The position numbers and the translations under genes are program-made. Source: an uncultured virus (IMG/VR IMGVR_UViG_3300034071_001420) (Duplodnaviria; Heunggongvirae; Uroviricota; Caudoviricetes). From it: a DNA stretch of 20,000 nt. Of the stretch, positions 1-9,610 are shown one piece after another; positions within the stretch are counted from its first letter, which is position 1; every line of letters begins with the position of its first letter. The notes beneath the pieces were generated by a model that saw nothing but the letters and a program-made list of their open reading frames with translations, was not told the origin of the DNA and did no database searches. The stretch lies in the IMG/VR virus record IMGVR_UViG_3300034071_001420; one strand, given 5' to 3'.

Positions 1-823
<823 letters not shown>

Positions 824-827
824 CCTA

Positions 828-1583
828 CTATGTAGGGAGTGTGGTTAGTGCTTTCCAAGAGTGGGGAAACAGGGGAGCAATAATTTGAGAAATTGCTTGG
901 GCGTACTGCTGGACTTCCCATTGTGCGTGTGCGTCAACCCGTTGTGCGTAGATTCGGGCGTATGCAGACAGCGAACCTGTCCACCACCACTCTGTATAGG
1001 TTCCCTGTGGCAGAACCGCTCGTGCCTGTTCAGGAGCAACTCCGCGAGCCAACAACCGGTTGTATGCGTCAAGTGCTTCCAGTACTACACGATTAAACAT
1101 CACATCCATTTCATCCACCAACATGGGATCGTCAACAAAATCGCTGCTGCCCTGCTTGGCTCCATCGGTGGGTGCTGCTCGCCAATCAGGGGTGTAGAAC
1201 TGTGGTTCGTCTGTGACATACCGACGAGACACTTCGTTTTCCACCATGCCTACCTTGTGCTTGAACAGTTGTGTACGCACAAAGACGGGAGCCTTGATCC
1301 GCAGCGTGATTTGTGGATGGGCAAAAGGAGTCCAGTGCTTGTGTTTAGCCAAATACGCAATCAGCCGCTCATCCTTTTGTGGCAACACACGCAGTTCGTT
1401 TTCGTCAAATCTAGAACCACTATCGGTTAGTCTCTTTTTTGCGGCTTCGTCTACTCCCCAATCACTCTCTTTGTTGAAAGACACACGGGCAGCGTTCACA
1501 ACAGTAAGATCACTACCCATGTGATCCACATATTCCACATGACCACAGTTTAGCACAGAGTAAAAGGTTTCACTCGGTTTCAT
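828..1583 (-). CDS. thyX: Flavin-dependent thymidylate synthase ThyX
   Basis: Motifs VVNAARVS, HWTPFAH, APVFVRTQLFKHK...NEVSRRY (ThyX signature variant), GVAPEQARAVLP and AQWEVQQYA. Start placed at ATG 1583 (GGAGA upstream) rather than TTG 1595. Confidence 0.95.
   Translation of the reverse strand: MKPSETFYSVLNCGHVEYVDHMGSDLTVVNAARVSFNKESDWGVDEAAKKRLTDSGSRFDENELRVLPQKDERLIAYLAKHKHWTPFAHPQITLRIKAPVFVRTQLFKHKVGMVENEVSRRYVTDEPQFYTPDWRAAPTDGAKQGSSDFVDDPMLVDEMDVMFNRVVLEALDAYNRLLARGVAPEQARAVLPQGTYTEWWWTGSLSAYARIYAQRVDAHAQWEVQQYAQAISQIIAPLFPHSWKALTTLPT
829..836 (-). promoter_or_regulatory. Candidate phage late promoter CCTACATA (variant of T4 TATAAATA)
   Basis: Lies 5 nt upstream of the collagen-gene ATG, overlapping the thyX stop. 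The same core recurs at 17225-17232 and 18456-18462, each upstream of a gene start. Confidence 0.45.
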
Positions 1584-1833
1584 CGGTGTCTCCAAACCAG
1601 CCGTCAGTCATGTCTTCGTCGGTGATTTCGTGGTTGTTTTCGCTGATGTCTTCGCCACCCACTTCTTCCAACTCAAACCCTTCAAGTTCAACACCTGTCA
1701 GGTCTTCAGCGTACTCAACCGCTCGCTTGTACAGTTCAGGATTGGTGTTCTTCAGGTATTCAACAATTGCAAAAGCATAAGCCACCACGGGGTGCTTGAA
1801 ACTGTGACCGTCTTCGTGTTCTTCTTCGCTCAT
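1570..1833 (-). CDS. Small, highly acidic hypothetical protein (87 aa)
   Basis: ATG with GGAG upstream, overlaps both neighbours; 27 D/E versus 4 K/R. Confidence 0.8.
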   Translation of the reverse strand: MSEEEHEDGHSFKHPVVAYAFAIVEYLKNTNPELYKRAVEYAEDLTGVELEGFELEEVGGEDISENNHEITDEDMTDGWFGDTDETE

Positions 1834-2060
1834 GTGGTGCTCCTAGACTCTAGTTCTTGAATTTTAGCCTTTAGGGTTTTGATTTCTTCAGCCGCAAGAA
1901 TCATACACTCTTGCACTTCTCTCCAAAAAGAAAACATCTGACACATTGAAACTGCTTCAACTCTTTGGAGAATTGGCATATTTGCTATACGATTTGCTAG
2001 CAATTTGCCAACCTCGTCGTTACACCAAGAGTTTATTGGGTTTATTTCATATTGATTCAT
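1830..2060 (-). CDS. Hypothetical protein (76 aa) with C-terminal coiled-coil-like segment
   Basis: Fills the gap between the primase stop and the next gene, ATGA overlap; AT-richer than flanks. Confidence 0.7.
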   Translation of the reverse strand: MNQYEINPINSWCNDEVGKLLANRIANMPILQRVEAVSMCQMFSFWREVQECMILAAEEIKTLKAKIQELESRSTT

Positions 2061-2061
2061 A

Positions 2062-3054
2062 TTAAATCCTTTTCCATTGGCTCCATTTCAGTCGCGCTTC
2101 CATACCACTACACGAGTATCTATCAATGTCTGCTTGCAGTTCTTGTGGAGACTTGCCTGAAAGCACCATGTCATTAATATCTTTTTCTAGTACTCCAGAA
2201 CCCCACACGCAGACTGTGTAGCCTGCTTCAATGGCTTCTCGCGTGGCTTGCACAATTTCTCGGTTACGAGGCTCGTTGTCCAAAACAACAACCACATCAT
2301 TGAAACGCTTAACCACATCTCCCAACTCACTGCCAGCGAAAGCAATGCCGTTATCCAAAAATACAGAGTCAATCGGGCCTTCAGTAGCGTAAACTCGTTG
2401 TGAGTAGTCAACAGTATCGCCTCCGAAAAACATTCTGCCGTCCTTGACAAATTTCACAGTAATGTACCGTATGGCGTTCTTTGAGCCTCCAACGGCTCGC
2501 CCTTGTACTCCCAACAGTTCACCGCTCTTGTTAAAGAACGGGATGACGATACGCTCGTCATTGGGGACGGTGGTATATGTAGGGTCAATGCCACGCACCC
2601 AGTCTCCAAACCCTTCGCAAAAATAGAACCGTTCAGGGCACGGTATCTTTCGCCCTTCACAATACACGCGAGCAGCGTGATCGGATGGCAGGTCTGAAAT
2701 ACGCGGAAGTGTAATATTTATTTTGGGCTTGATGATTGCGGTTTCATCAGGCTTGGGGTAGTTGGAATGCCCGTTCTCACCGTTACGCCACCGCTCAAGT
2801 GCGTATTCACGACACAGCACAGGGGCTACAATCTCCAAGAACTTGTAGACGGTGTGCCCAATACCACAGTTGTGGCACTTGTAGTAAAAATCGTTCTTCT
2901 TGGGAAAGAAAAAACCACGAGCCTTGTTCTTGTTCTTTTGTGAGTCTCCGCAAAGGGGACACCGACAGTTTGCAAGATCAGCACCCTTCCACTTAAACTT
3001 CTGAAGTTGTGGAGACACCAAGTTAATATATTTCTTGTCTGTCAGAATACTCAT
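2062..3054 (-). CDS. T4-like DNA primase (gp61)
   Basis: N-terminal Zn ribbon CRCPLCGDS...YKCHNCG; RIVIPF, GVQGR, TOPRIM TEGPIDS, DNEPRN, KDINDM. Confidence 0.95.
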   Translation of the reverse strand: MSILTDKKYINLVSPQLQKFKWKGADLANCRCPLCGDSQKNKNKARGFFFPKKNDFYYKCHNCGIGHTVYKFLEIVAPVLCREYALERWRNGENGHSNYPKPDETAIIKPKINITLPRISDLPSDHAARVYCEGRKIPCPERFYFCEGFGDWVRGIDPTYTTVPNDERIVIPFFNKSGELLGVQGRAVGGSKNAIRYITVKFVKDGRMFFGGDTVDYSQRVYATEGPIDSVFLDNGIAFAGSELGDVVKRFNDVVVVLDNEPRNREIVQATREAIEAGYTVCVWGSGVLEKDINDMVLSGKSPQELQADIDRYSCSGMEARLKWSQWKRI

Positions 3055-4464
3055 TTAGAAATTCCAGTCGCTTGCGTCCTTGCTGCCAAACTTCTTGGCA
3101 AACTCCTTCTTGCCGTAACCACTTCCAAATCCTTCTTCCTTGGTGCTCTTGGCATCAGTCAGGTCTTCAAACTCTTCCTTCTTGACATCGTAGAACTTCA
3201 TCTTGGCGTAGTTCAAGCCCACAATAAACTTCTTGTTTGCAGCCTTGGTGTTGTAGCGGTTCTTTAACTGCTTCACCATGATCTGCCCTGCCTTTTCCAA
3301 TTCTTCAGTTGTAATAAGTGCTGCCATAAAGTCTGCGGTATGGGGCAGACCAAACGACTCTGAAGTATCGGTGAGTTCCACATCACTGGATGAAAATCCT
3401 GAACGGTTCACCTGTGTGGCTGTAAAGATGGGCACATTTCTTTCCATTGCAAGCCCACGCAACTCTTCTGCAATAGCCTTGATGTAACTGTACGAATTCA
3501 CATTGTTTCCACCGCTCTTGAGACGAGCAGACGAGCAGATGTTGATGTAATCAATAAACACAATATCAGGGGTGAATCCCTTCTTGAGTTTTAGTTCATC
3601 CATCAGCACACGGAAGTGGTTGGCATTAGCCACCGAAGTGGGATACTCCTTGATGATGAGTTTGCCGTTCACGCCCCGCGTGGACGCTTGCAACCGCTTC
3701 TCGTACATATCAAGAGGCAGATCGTGGAGTTCATCCATCGTGATGTCCATGATGTTTGCGTCAATGCGTTCTGCAATACGCTCTTCTGCCATTTCCAGCG
3801 TGATGTACAGCACATTCTTGTTCTGCATGAGACAACACGCTGCGTGGTGACACATGAACAGCGACTTACCCACGCCTGTGCCTGCCATGACCACATTGAA
3901 AGTCTTGGGAGCCACACCACCCTTGGTAATCAAGTTGAACATTTCCAAGTCAAACGGAATCTTGTCTTCTTCACGATGCAGCACTTCGTAACGCTGCTCG
4001 TAGTTCTCAAGGTAATCGTGACCAATATTTGTGTCAAAAGAAACCGCAAGTGCCTTGCTCAAAATATCAGGCAGAGCATTGGGTGTACGCACCTTGTCCT
4101 TGCCATCAATAATATGAATGGATTCAAGAATGGCATTGTAGATGGCTTTGTCCTTGCAGAACTTTTCTGTGGTGTCCAATAGCCATTGGGTGTCTTGCTT
4201 TTCGCTTCTACACACCGCGTCCACAGTTTCCCTGCACCGCTTGATCTCGTCTTCGGTAAGAGCCTTGTCGCCTTCCAAAGAGATAAGGAGGGCTTCCTTG
4301 GAGGGAACCCCCTTATACTTCTCAATGAATCCCTTGATCTCACGGAACACCGCACGATCAGGGCGATTGGCAAAGTACTCTTCTTGAAGGAATGGCACAG
4401 TCTTCTTGCAGAACTCTTCGTTGTTGATGAGTCCTGCAATAACTGTTTGTTCAATCGTACTCAT
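3055..4464 (-). CDS. T4-like replicative DnaB-family helicase (gp41)
   Basis: Walker A AGTGVGKS, YITLEMAEERIAERID, FIDYINI, TATQVNR, TSESFGLP, KQLKNRY. Confidence 0.96.
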   Translation of the reverse strand: MSTIEQTVIAGLINNEEFCKKTVPFLQEEYFANRPDRAVFREIKGFIEKYKGVPSKEALLISLEGDKALTEDEIKRCRETVDAVCRSEKQDTQWLLDTTEKFCKDKAIYNAILESIHIIDGKDKVRTPNALPDILSKALAVSFDTNIGHDYLENYEQRYEVLHREEDKIPFDLEMFNLITKGGVAPKTFNVVMAGTGVGKSLFMCHHAACCLMQNKNVLYITLEMAEERIAERIDANIMDITMDELHDLPLDMYEKRLQASTRGVNGKLIIKEYPTSVANANHFRVLMDELKLKKGFTPDIVFIDYINICSSARLKSGGNNVNSYSYIKAIAEELRGLAMERNVPIFTATQVNRSGFSSSDVELTDTSESFGLPHTADFMAALITTEELEKAGQIMVKQLKNRYNTKAANKKFIVGLNYAKMKFYDVKKEEFEDLTDAKSTKEEGFGSGYGKKEFAKKFGSKDASDWNF

Positions 4465-5174
4465 ACAAGCCTGCTTTCTGCTGTTGTATTGTATTTTTCA
4501 GAAATATCAATACCAATATATCGTCTTTCCATTTCTTTGGCAACCTTTGTTGTGGTTCCCGTTCCGTTGTATGGGTCTAGTACTATATCATCTTTCTCGG
4601 TAAAAGCAAGAACACATCGGTGAACAAGTTCTTCTGGGAAAGTGGCGTTGTGTCCGTGTACATTTTTATTAGGAACAATTCTCCACACACTCAAAAATTT
4701 TGCTGCCTCTTTGTTCCAAGTAAATCCTTTGGCTTGCTTTCCTAAAATGTAGATGTCCTCTTCTACACGATAGAACCGCACAGGGTTATATGCTTGCATT
4801 CCACACCTGTCCCATGTGATTCTTTGCCTGTATACTGCATTGGTTTTCAGAATCCATTCAATTGGACTTTTTACTTGAAAATTGAATATTCTGTCTTTGT
4901 GGTTATAGCAAATGGTTCCTGTGGGTTTCAGAACACGAACCATTTCATTTATGACTGCTACTTGACCTGCCTCATACGCATCGTCCTCTTCTTTGTCAGA
5001 GTAATTATCGTAAACGATGTTGGTTCGTTTCCAATAATCTTTTCGGTTTGCTTGAGTTCGGCGATTCCTCCAGTTGTTATACGGAGGAGAAGTAACAATC
5101 AAATCTACAGAATTGTCAGGAAAGGTTGCCATAACATCAAGGCAATTCCCATGATAAATTTTGTTGACTTCCAC
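4461..5174 (-). CDS. Beta-class amino DNA methyltransferase (N4-C/N6-A family; SPPY suggests N4-mC), orphan
   Basis: Catalytic VDLIVTSPPY precedes HNATFPEEL and SAM-binding VLDPYNGTGTT; GTG start; AT-rich relative to flanking core genes. Confidence 0.92.
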   Translation of the reverse strand: MEVNKIYHGNCLDVMATFPDNSVDLIVTSPPYNNWRNRRTQANRKDYWKRTNIVYDNYSDKEEDDAYEAGQVAVINEMVRVLKPTGTICYNHKDRIFNFQVKSPIEWILKTNAVYRQRITWDRCGMQAYNPVRFYRVEEDIYILGKQAKGFTWNKEAAKFLSVWRIVPNKNVHGHNATFPEELVHRCVLAFTEKDDIVLDPYNGTGTTTKVAKEMERRYIGIDISEKYNTTAESRLV

Positions 5175-5187
5175 GAGACTAACTCAA

Positions 5188-6231
5188 TTATTCTTCAGTT
5201 TCCTCGGTCGGGGTCGGCTCGTCCTTGCCGTAGCAGAACTCCTTGGCAACCGCAACCTCCAACTTGTCCATGACTTCCTTGGTAAAATACTTTTCAGGAT
5301 TCTTGATGATCTGCGATTCAAACGCAGTCTTGCCGCCACCCACATCAACCTTGGTGGACACCTTCTTGAAAATATCGTACTTGATGGCAATGTCTAGCAG
5401 CCCGTAATACGGATTCAGCCCCGTATCAAAGTTCAACTGCACATCCACCATCTTGTTTTCCTTGGTCTTGCGACTCTTGTAGGTCTTGCAATGGATGATG
5501 TTGCCCACCACTTCATTGTCCACCTTGTCCTTCTTCTTGGACAGGTAGATAATAGTGGACGCAGCGTACTTTAGTCCTGCACCGCCACCCATTTCCTTGG
5601 TTGGCACATACGCACCCACCACATCGTAGGTGTGGTTGGTCATAATCATGGGAATACGAGCGTGCCCCAACTTGATGGTAAGCACACGAAACGCAGCCTT
5701 GACCACCTGTGCACGGGTCATGTCACGGGTGTTCTTGCCTTCTGCGGTGTCGTTCATTTCCTTTTCGGTGCTCAACATACCTAGCGAATCCAGTACAATC
5801 ATCATGCGTGGACGCTTGGCTTCATCGGTTTCCAAATACTTGTCAATGGCTGAAATGCACTGGTGACGGAACTCTTCCACAGTAGCCACAGGCAGAACCG
5901 CAACCCGCTGCCGATCAATGCCACGAGACTCTAGCATTTCGCTAGTGATGGACTGCTCGGAATCAAAGTATATCACCATGCTAGACTCGTCTACATTCAG
6001 GAATTCACGAACCACATTCAGGGCAAAGTAGGTCTTGCCTGTGGCTTGCTCGCCTGCAAGGGCTACAATCTTGTTGTCAGGCAGACCACCGTACAGCGAA
6101 CCACTCACCAAAGCGTTGAACGAATACGAGCCTGTGGAAATGTACGATTGGGTATCGCTACCGTCCAGCCCTTCAATTGCAATCTTGCCGTACTTGTTGC
6201 CTGATGCCTTTAGAATGTCCTTTAGATTCAT
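5188..6231 (-). CDS. uvsX: RecA-like recombinase UvsX
   Basis: ISTGSYSFNALVSGS, Walker A GEQATGKT, YFDSE, IVLDSLG, DMTRA, TNHTY, MGGGAG; syntenic between gp43 and gp41. Confidence 0.95.
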   Translation of the reverse strand: MNLKDILKASGNKYGKIAIEGLDGSDTQSYISTGSYSFNALVSGSLYGGLPDNKIVALAGEQATGKTYFALNVVREFLNVDESSMVIYFDSEQSITSEMLESRGIDRQRVAVLPVATVEEFRHQCISAIDKYLETDEAKRPRMMIVLDSLGMLSTEKEMNDTAEGKNTRDMTRAQVVKAAFRVLTIKLGHARIPMIMTNHTYDVVGAYVPTKEMGGGAGLKYAASTIIYLSKKKDKVDNEVVGNIIHCKTYKSRKTKENKMVDVQLNFDTGLNPYYGLLDIAIKYDIFKKVSTKVDVGGGKTAFESQIIKNPEKYFTKEVMDKLEVAVAKEFCYGKDEPTPTEETEE

Positions 6232-6407
6232 TTGCCTAATGCCTTTCGTTGTGTGTCAATAGTTTCCATCTCACCGATGTACTGCTCAATCATAACAGAA
6301 GACGACGCTTTGTCAAGCATCAATCTCTTTACTTCATTTTGCAACCACTCCTTCCTCTCACGAAGGAGGTTGCAAAGGTACTGCTTATTTAATTCAATAA
6401 TTGCCAT
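6228..6407 (-). CDS. Small helical hypothetical protein (59 aa), below the ORF-track cutoff
   Basis: MAIIELNKQYLCNLLRERKEWLQNEVKRLMLDKASSSVMIEQYIGEMETIDTQRKALGK*. ATG 1 nt after the upstream stop; ATGA overlap with uvsX. Confidence 0.75.
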   Translation of the reverse strand: MAIIELNKQYLCNLLRERKEWLQNEVKRLMLDKASSSVMIEQYIGEMETIDTQRKALGK

Positions 6408-6408
6408 C

Positions 6409-6744
6409 TCAAGTAGTCAACTTGAGCGAGGGAATCGCCATCTCCTTGCTAGGAATCACGAGTCCTGAACCAAAAGCACTGCTGAACTCGTTGGCTAGAT
6501 CGTCCATTGGTTCTGCGGTAAACAGCACGGCATCCTTGGGAATTTCAAAACCCTGATCCTGCTTGATCGAAGCCATCCACGGCACGATGGCAAGGCTAGC
6601 ACCCTGACCGTTGCGACCGGGAACAGGAATCAACATGCACGGATTCTTTAGATGATATCCAGTAATGTTCTCACCAGTAAACTTTTCAGTCACCTTTGCA
6701 ATAATCTCTTCACCGCTACGCATCTTCAAAATTAGTGTTGCCAT
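6409..6744 (-). CDS. Conserved T4-like phage hypothetical protein (Sm-like beta fold suspected)
   Basis: LKMRSGEEIIAKV...LKNP...PWM pattern resembles small proteins common in T4-like cyano/pelagiphages; GGAGA RBS. Confidence 0.75.
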   Translation of the reverse strand: MATLILKMRSGEEIIAKVTEKFTGENITGYHLKNPCMLIPVPGRNGQGASLAIVPWMASIKQDQGFEIPKDAVLFTAEPMDDLANEFSSAFGSGLVIPSKEMAIPSLKLTT

Positions 6745-6797
6745 TTGTAAATCTCCATTGTAAGGGGTTATAGTAGAGCACAGTATCTATCAACGAA

Positions 6798-9344
6798 TCA
6801 AACGAAAAGCGAGCCTAAAGTATTCTGTTGTTCAGTTTTCCATCCCACAGCATTTGTAATACTGCGGAGCGGTTCAATAAACGATTTGTCAAATTGCATT
6901 TGCCAGTCCACATATTTTGTTAGTTCAAATTCTGCGGGCAAGGAATTTGTGAAACCAATCACATGCTCGTGTATAGGATTGGGAGTCTTCAAATAGATAA
7001 ACTTAATCTTTTCTCCCTCACCAATAATCCTGTACTTCTTGTCCAACTTGTGCTTCCGCACCAAGTGGTTGTGGAGCAGTGCAGCCTTGACCGCAATAGG
7101 TGTGGATTTACGATATACGGTTTGTGAGTCCTTGTATTGACCCATTCCGTTTACTGAACGGGGGAATGCCATTGATTCAGGGGGCAATGCCTTGAATTTT
7201 TCACGGGTAGTTTTCACAAAATCCTGTAGCGTGGACTCGTCCTTTAGCAGCACCATTTCAATTGCAGTCTTCAGCACCTTACGCACAAACGCAGGAGTGC
7301 TGGACCGCGTGGTTTCAATACCCATGATCTTGAACTTGGGAGTCTTGTACTGCACGCCTTCGCTGTTCCACACCGACAACATATACCGCTTCTTGGCAGT
7401 CCACACGCCCTTCTGTGCAATTACTTCTCGCCCCATGAACATCTTGTTGGCATACGCATTGGTCACGCTAGCCAACTCTGCAAACTCCTTGTCAATGAAC
7501 GGTTGCAGCACACGCTCACAGAACTTGTCCAAGAACGGCACAACCTTTTCGGGTTCGGGTTCGGTCTTGAAGCCTTGCCGTACTGCCTGACCAAGTTTCA
7601 GATACACGGAATCGGTATCGCTGGCAATCACATAGTCTTCGCCTGTGGTCTTGAAAAGTTTGTTTAGATACCGATTGAGTGCTTCACCGATCCATTGAAT
7701 ACTCAACTGCCCTGACAGGGTGATAGCCTCTGCAAGTGCCACATCAAAGAACCGGAAGTACTCGTTTCCAATGGCTCCGTATGCGGAGTTCAACTGAATC
7801 TTTCGCACCATCTGAAAGTTCTTGTACTTGGAAATCTCGTACTCAATGGCTTTGCGCTTGCTTGCGGGAGCATCAGGCGGAAGTGCTTCCAATTCCTTCT
7901 GCTTGCCCAACATGAGTTCCTTGTACCGCTTGCGTTCCTCGTACATGATTTCCATGAGTTCAGGCAGGAAGCCGTGACGATCCTTGCGGAACGCTACGCC
8001 GTTTGCTGCAACCGACAGATTGTGCGTCTTGGCATCGTTCAAGTATTCAGCAGGATCAATAAATGTCTTGACCACTTCACCACGATTCCTGCTCAAGATG
8101 GAATCAGGCGAAACCAAATTTCGCTTCCATATGGGATTGGTGTCTTTGGTTTCAGGTGAAATATTGTACTGCATGATAAGGTGGGGATACAGAGAGTTCA
8201 AGTCAAAACTCACCACCCAATCGTGCATTCCCACAAGGGGGTCTTTCACATACGCACCCGCGTACTGTTCCTTCTTTTCTGCTTCACGCTTCTGCGGAAC
8301 CACCATGCCCTTGCTCATCAAGTGATGGTGAATAATGGCATCCCATGTACGGACTTGGGAGAACACATCTTCAAAGTTTACACGGGCAGAATACGCTAGT
8401 GCCACAGCAAGATCAAGTAGTTTTAGTTTCTCTTCCAGTTTGGCAACCAGTTCCACATCCTTGTAGTTGTACTCCATGAACTTTTGAAAGTTCTGTGTGT
8501 AGAACTCCTGAAGGGTATCGTACTCGTTATACGAAACCTTTTCCTCACCCAGTTCAACCGAACACACATGGTTCAGGGAGTACGACTCCTGCTTGACATA
8601 GGTGAACTTCATGTACAGTTCCAAATAGTCAAGGGTGGAAATACCTGCAATGGTAAACACCTTTTGGTCGCGTCCCATTCGGTTCACGGTCATTTCACGC
8701 AACCGCCCCCACGGCGACAGGGCATTGCCCCACTCTTCGGCAATCCAATTCATGCGAGCCACCAAGTACGGAATATCAAAGAAGCGAATATTCCATCCTG
8801 TCACAATGTCAGGGTCTTCGTGCTTCCAAATCTCCACGAATCGTCGCAGCAGGCTTTCTTCGTCTGCAAAGCACTCTGCTTCCACGCCTTCAAGAGAGAA
8901 GTCTCCAAGCCCAAGCACATAGGTGTTCTTGCCCACAGTCAGCGTGATGGCAATAATGCGTTCGGTGGGCGAATCCACAGACGGGAATCCGCCGTCACAC
9001 GAAGTCTCAATATCCAAGAAGGCTACACGCAGACGGGAGAAATCGTACTCCACTTCGTGTGGAAACTCTTTATACAAGTACTGATATACGAAACCTGTGT
9101 TGCCGTACACCTCAAAGTTGCTGACATCCTTGTACTTGTCAATGAATTCACGAGCGTCATTCACGCTTTCAAAGTCTATGGGTTCCACGGGGTTGCCGTA
9201 GATGGTTGTTAGCCCTGTGGGCTGCTTGGACTTGATATACAGCGTTGGGCAGAACGGAACCGCTTCGTGTACACGACACCCGTTTCGCCATCCGCGATAC
9301 AGCACATTCTTGCCACGAAGATCAACGCTTGTATAGAAGTCCAT
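6798..9344 (-). CDS. Family B DNA polymerase (T4 gp43-like)
   Basis: Exo motifs FLDIET, TGWNIRFFDIPY, YNYKDV; pol motifs SFDLNSLYPH, KIQLNSAYG, SDTDS, KKRY; uninterrupted 848 aa. Confidence 0.97.
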   Translation of the reverse strand: MDFYTSVDLRGKNVLYRGWRNGCRVHEAVPFCPTLYIKSKQPTGLTTIYGNPVEPIDFESVNDAREFIDKYKDVSNFEVYGNTGFVYQYLYKEFPHEVEYDFSRLRVAFLDIETSCDGGFPSVDSPTERIIAITLTVGKNTYVLGLGDFSLEGVEAECFADEESLLRRFVEIWKHEDPDIVTGWNIRFFDIPYLVARMNWIAEEWGNALSPWGRLREMTVNRMGRDQKVFTIAGISTLDYLELYMKFTYVKQESYSLNHVCSVELGEEKVSYNEYDTLQEFYTQNFQKFMEYNYKDVELVAKLEEKLKLLDLAVALAYSARVNFEDVFSQVRTWDAIIHHHLMSKGMVVPQKREAEKKEQYAGAYVKDPLVGMHDWVVSFDLNSLYPHLIMQYNISPETKDTNPIWKRNLVSPDSILSRNRGEVVKTFIDPAEYLNDAKTHNLSVAANGVAFRKDRHGFLPELMEIMYEERKRYKELMLGKQKELEALPPDAPASKRKAIEYEISKYKNFQMVRKIQLNSAYGAIGNEYFRFFDVALAEAITLSGQLSIQWIGEALNRYLNKLFKTTGEDYVIASDTDSVYLKLGQAVRQGFKTEPEPEKVVPFLDKFCERVLQPFIDKEFAELASVTNAYANKMFMGREVIAQKGVWTAKKRYMLSVWNSEGVQYKTPKFKIMGIETTRSSTPAFVRKVLKTAIEMVLLKDESTLQDFVKTTREKFKALPPESMAFPRSVNGMGQYKDSQTVYRKSTPIAVKAALLHNHLVRKHKLDKKYRIIGEGEKIKFIYLKTPNPIHEHVIGFTNSLPAEFELTKYVDWQMQFDKSFIEPLRSITNAVGWKTEQQNTLGSLFV

Positions 9345-9610
9345 TATCTCTCCACCATTGCGATCCAGTCCTGATGCACCAAGTCCTTGCCATCATACCC
9401 GCGACCAAGGTTCTTTGTCAAGTCCCACATCACCTTGTCGCCTATTTTAATGTCCTCGGTCAGATCAGGGCTGATATCCACAACTTCACCCCAAACCATT
9501 TTACAAGTAACCTTTTCGTTATAAATGATTCCCGCTTCGGTGGTTTTTTGCCCACCCAGTTTGGTTGCGACTAGTACCCATTTTCCGATTGGCTTTAGTT
9601 TCTTTTTCAT
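9344..9610 (-). CDS. GroES/Cpn10-like co-chaperonin
   Basis: LKPIGKWVLV, mobile loop KTTEAGII, GEVVDI, IKIGDKV, terminal WIAMVE; 88 aa. Confidence 0.8.
   Translation of the reverse strand: MKKKLKPIGKWVLVATKLGGQKTTEAGIIYNEKVTCKMVWGEVVDISPDLTEDIKIGDKVMWDLTKNLGRGYDGKDLVHQDWIAMVER

Noticed and set aside
6767..6793. Promoter TTGATA-N15-TATAAC upstream of 6744
   Set aside because: Intergenic and plausible, but the 15-nt spacer and mismatches make it too weak to call.
828..9344. Inteins or introns in thyX, primase, helicase, uvsX or gp43
   Set aside because: Lengths are typical, motifs are contiguous, and no intein splice motifs are evident.
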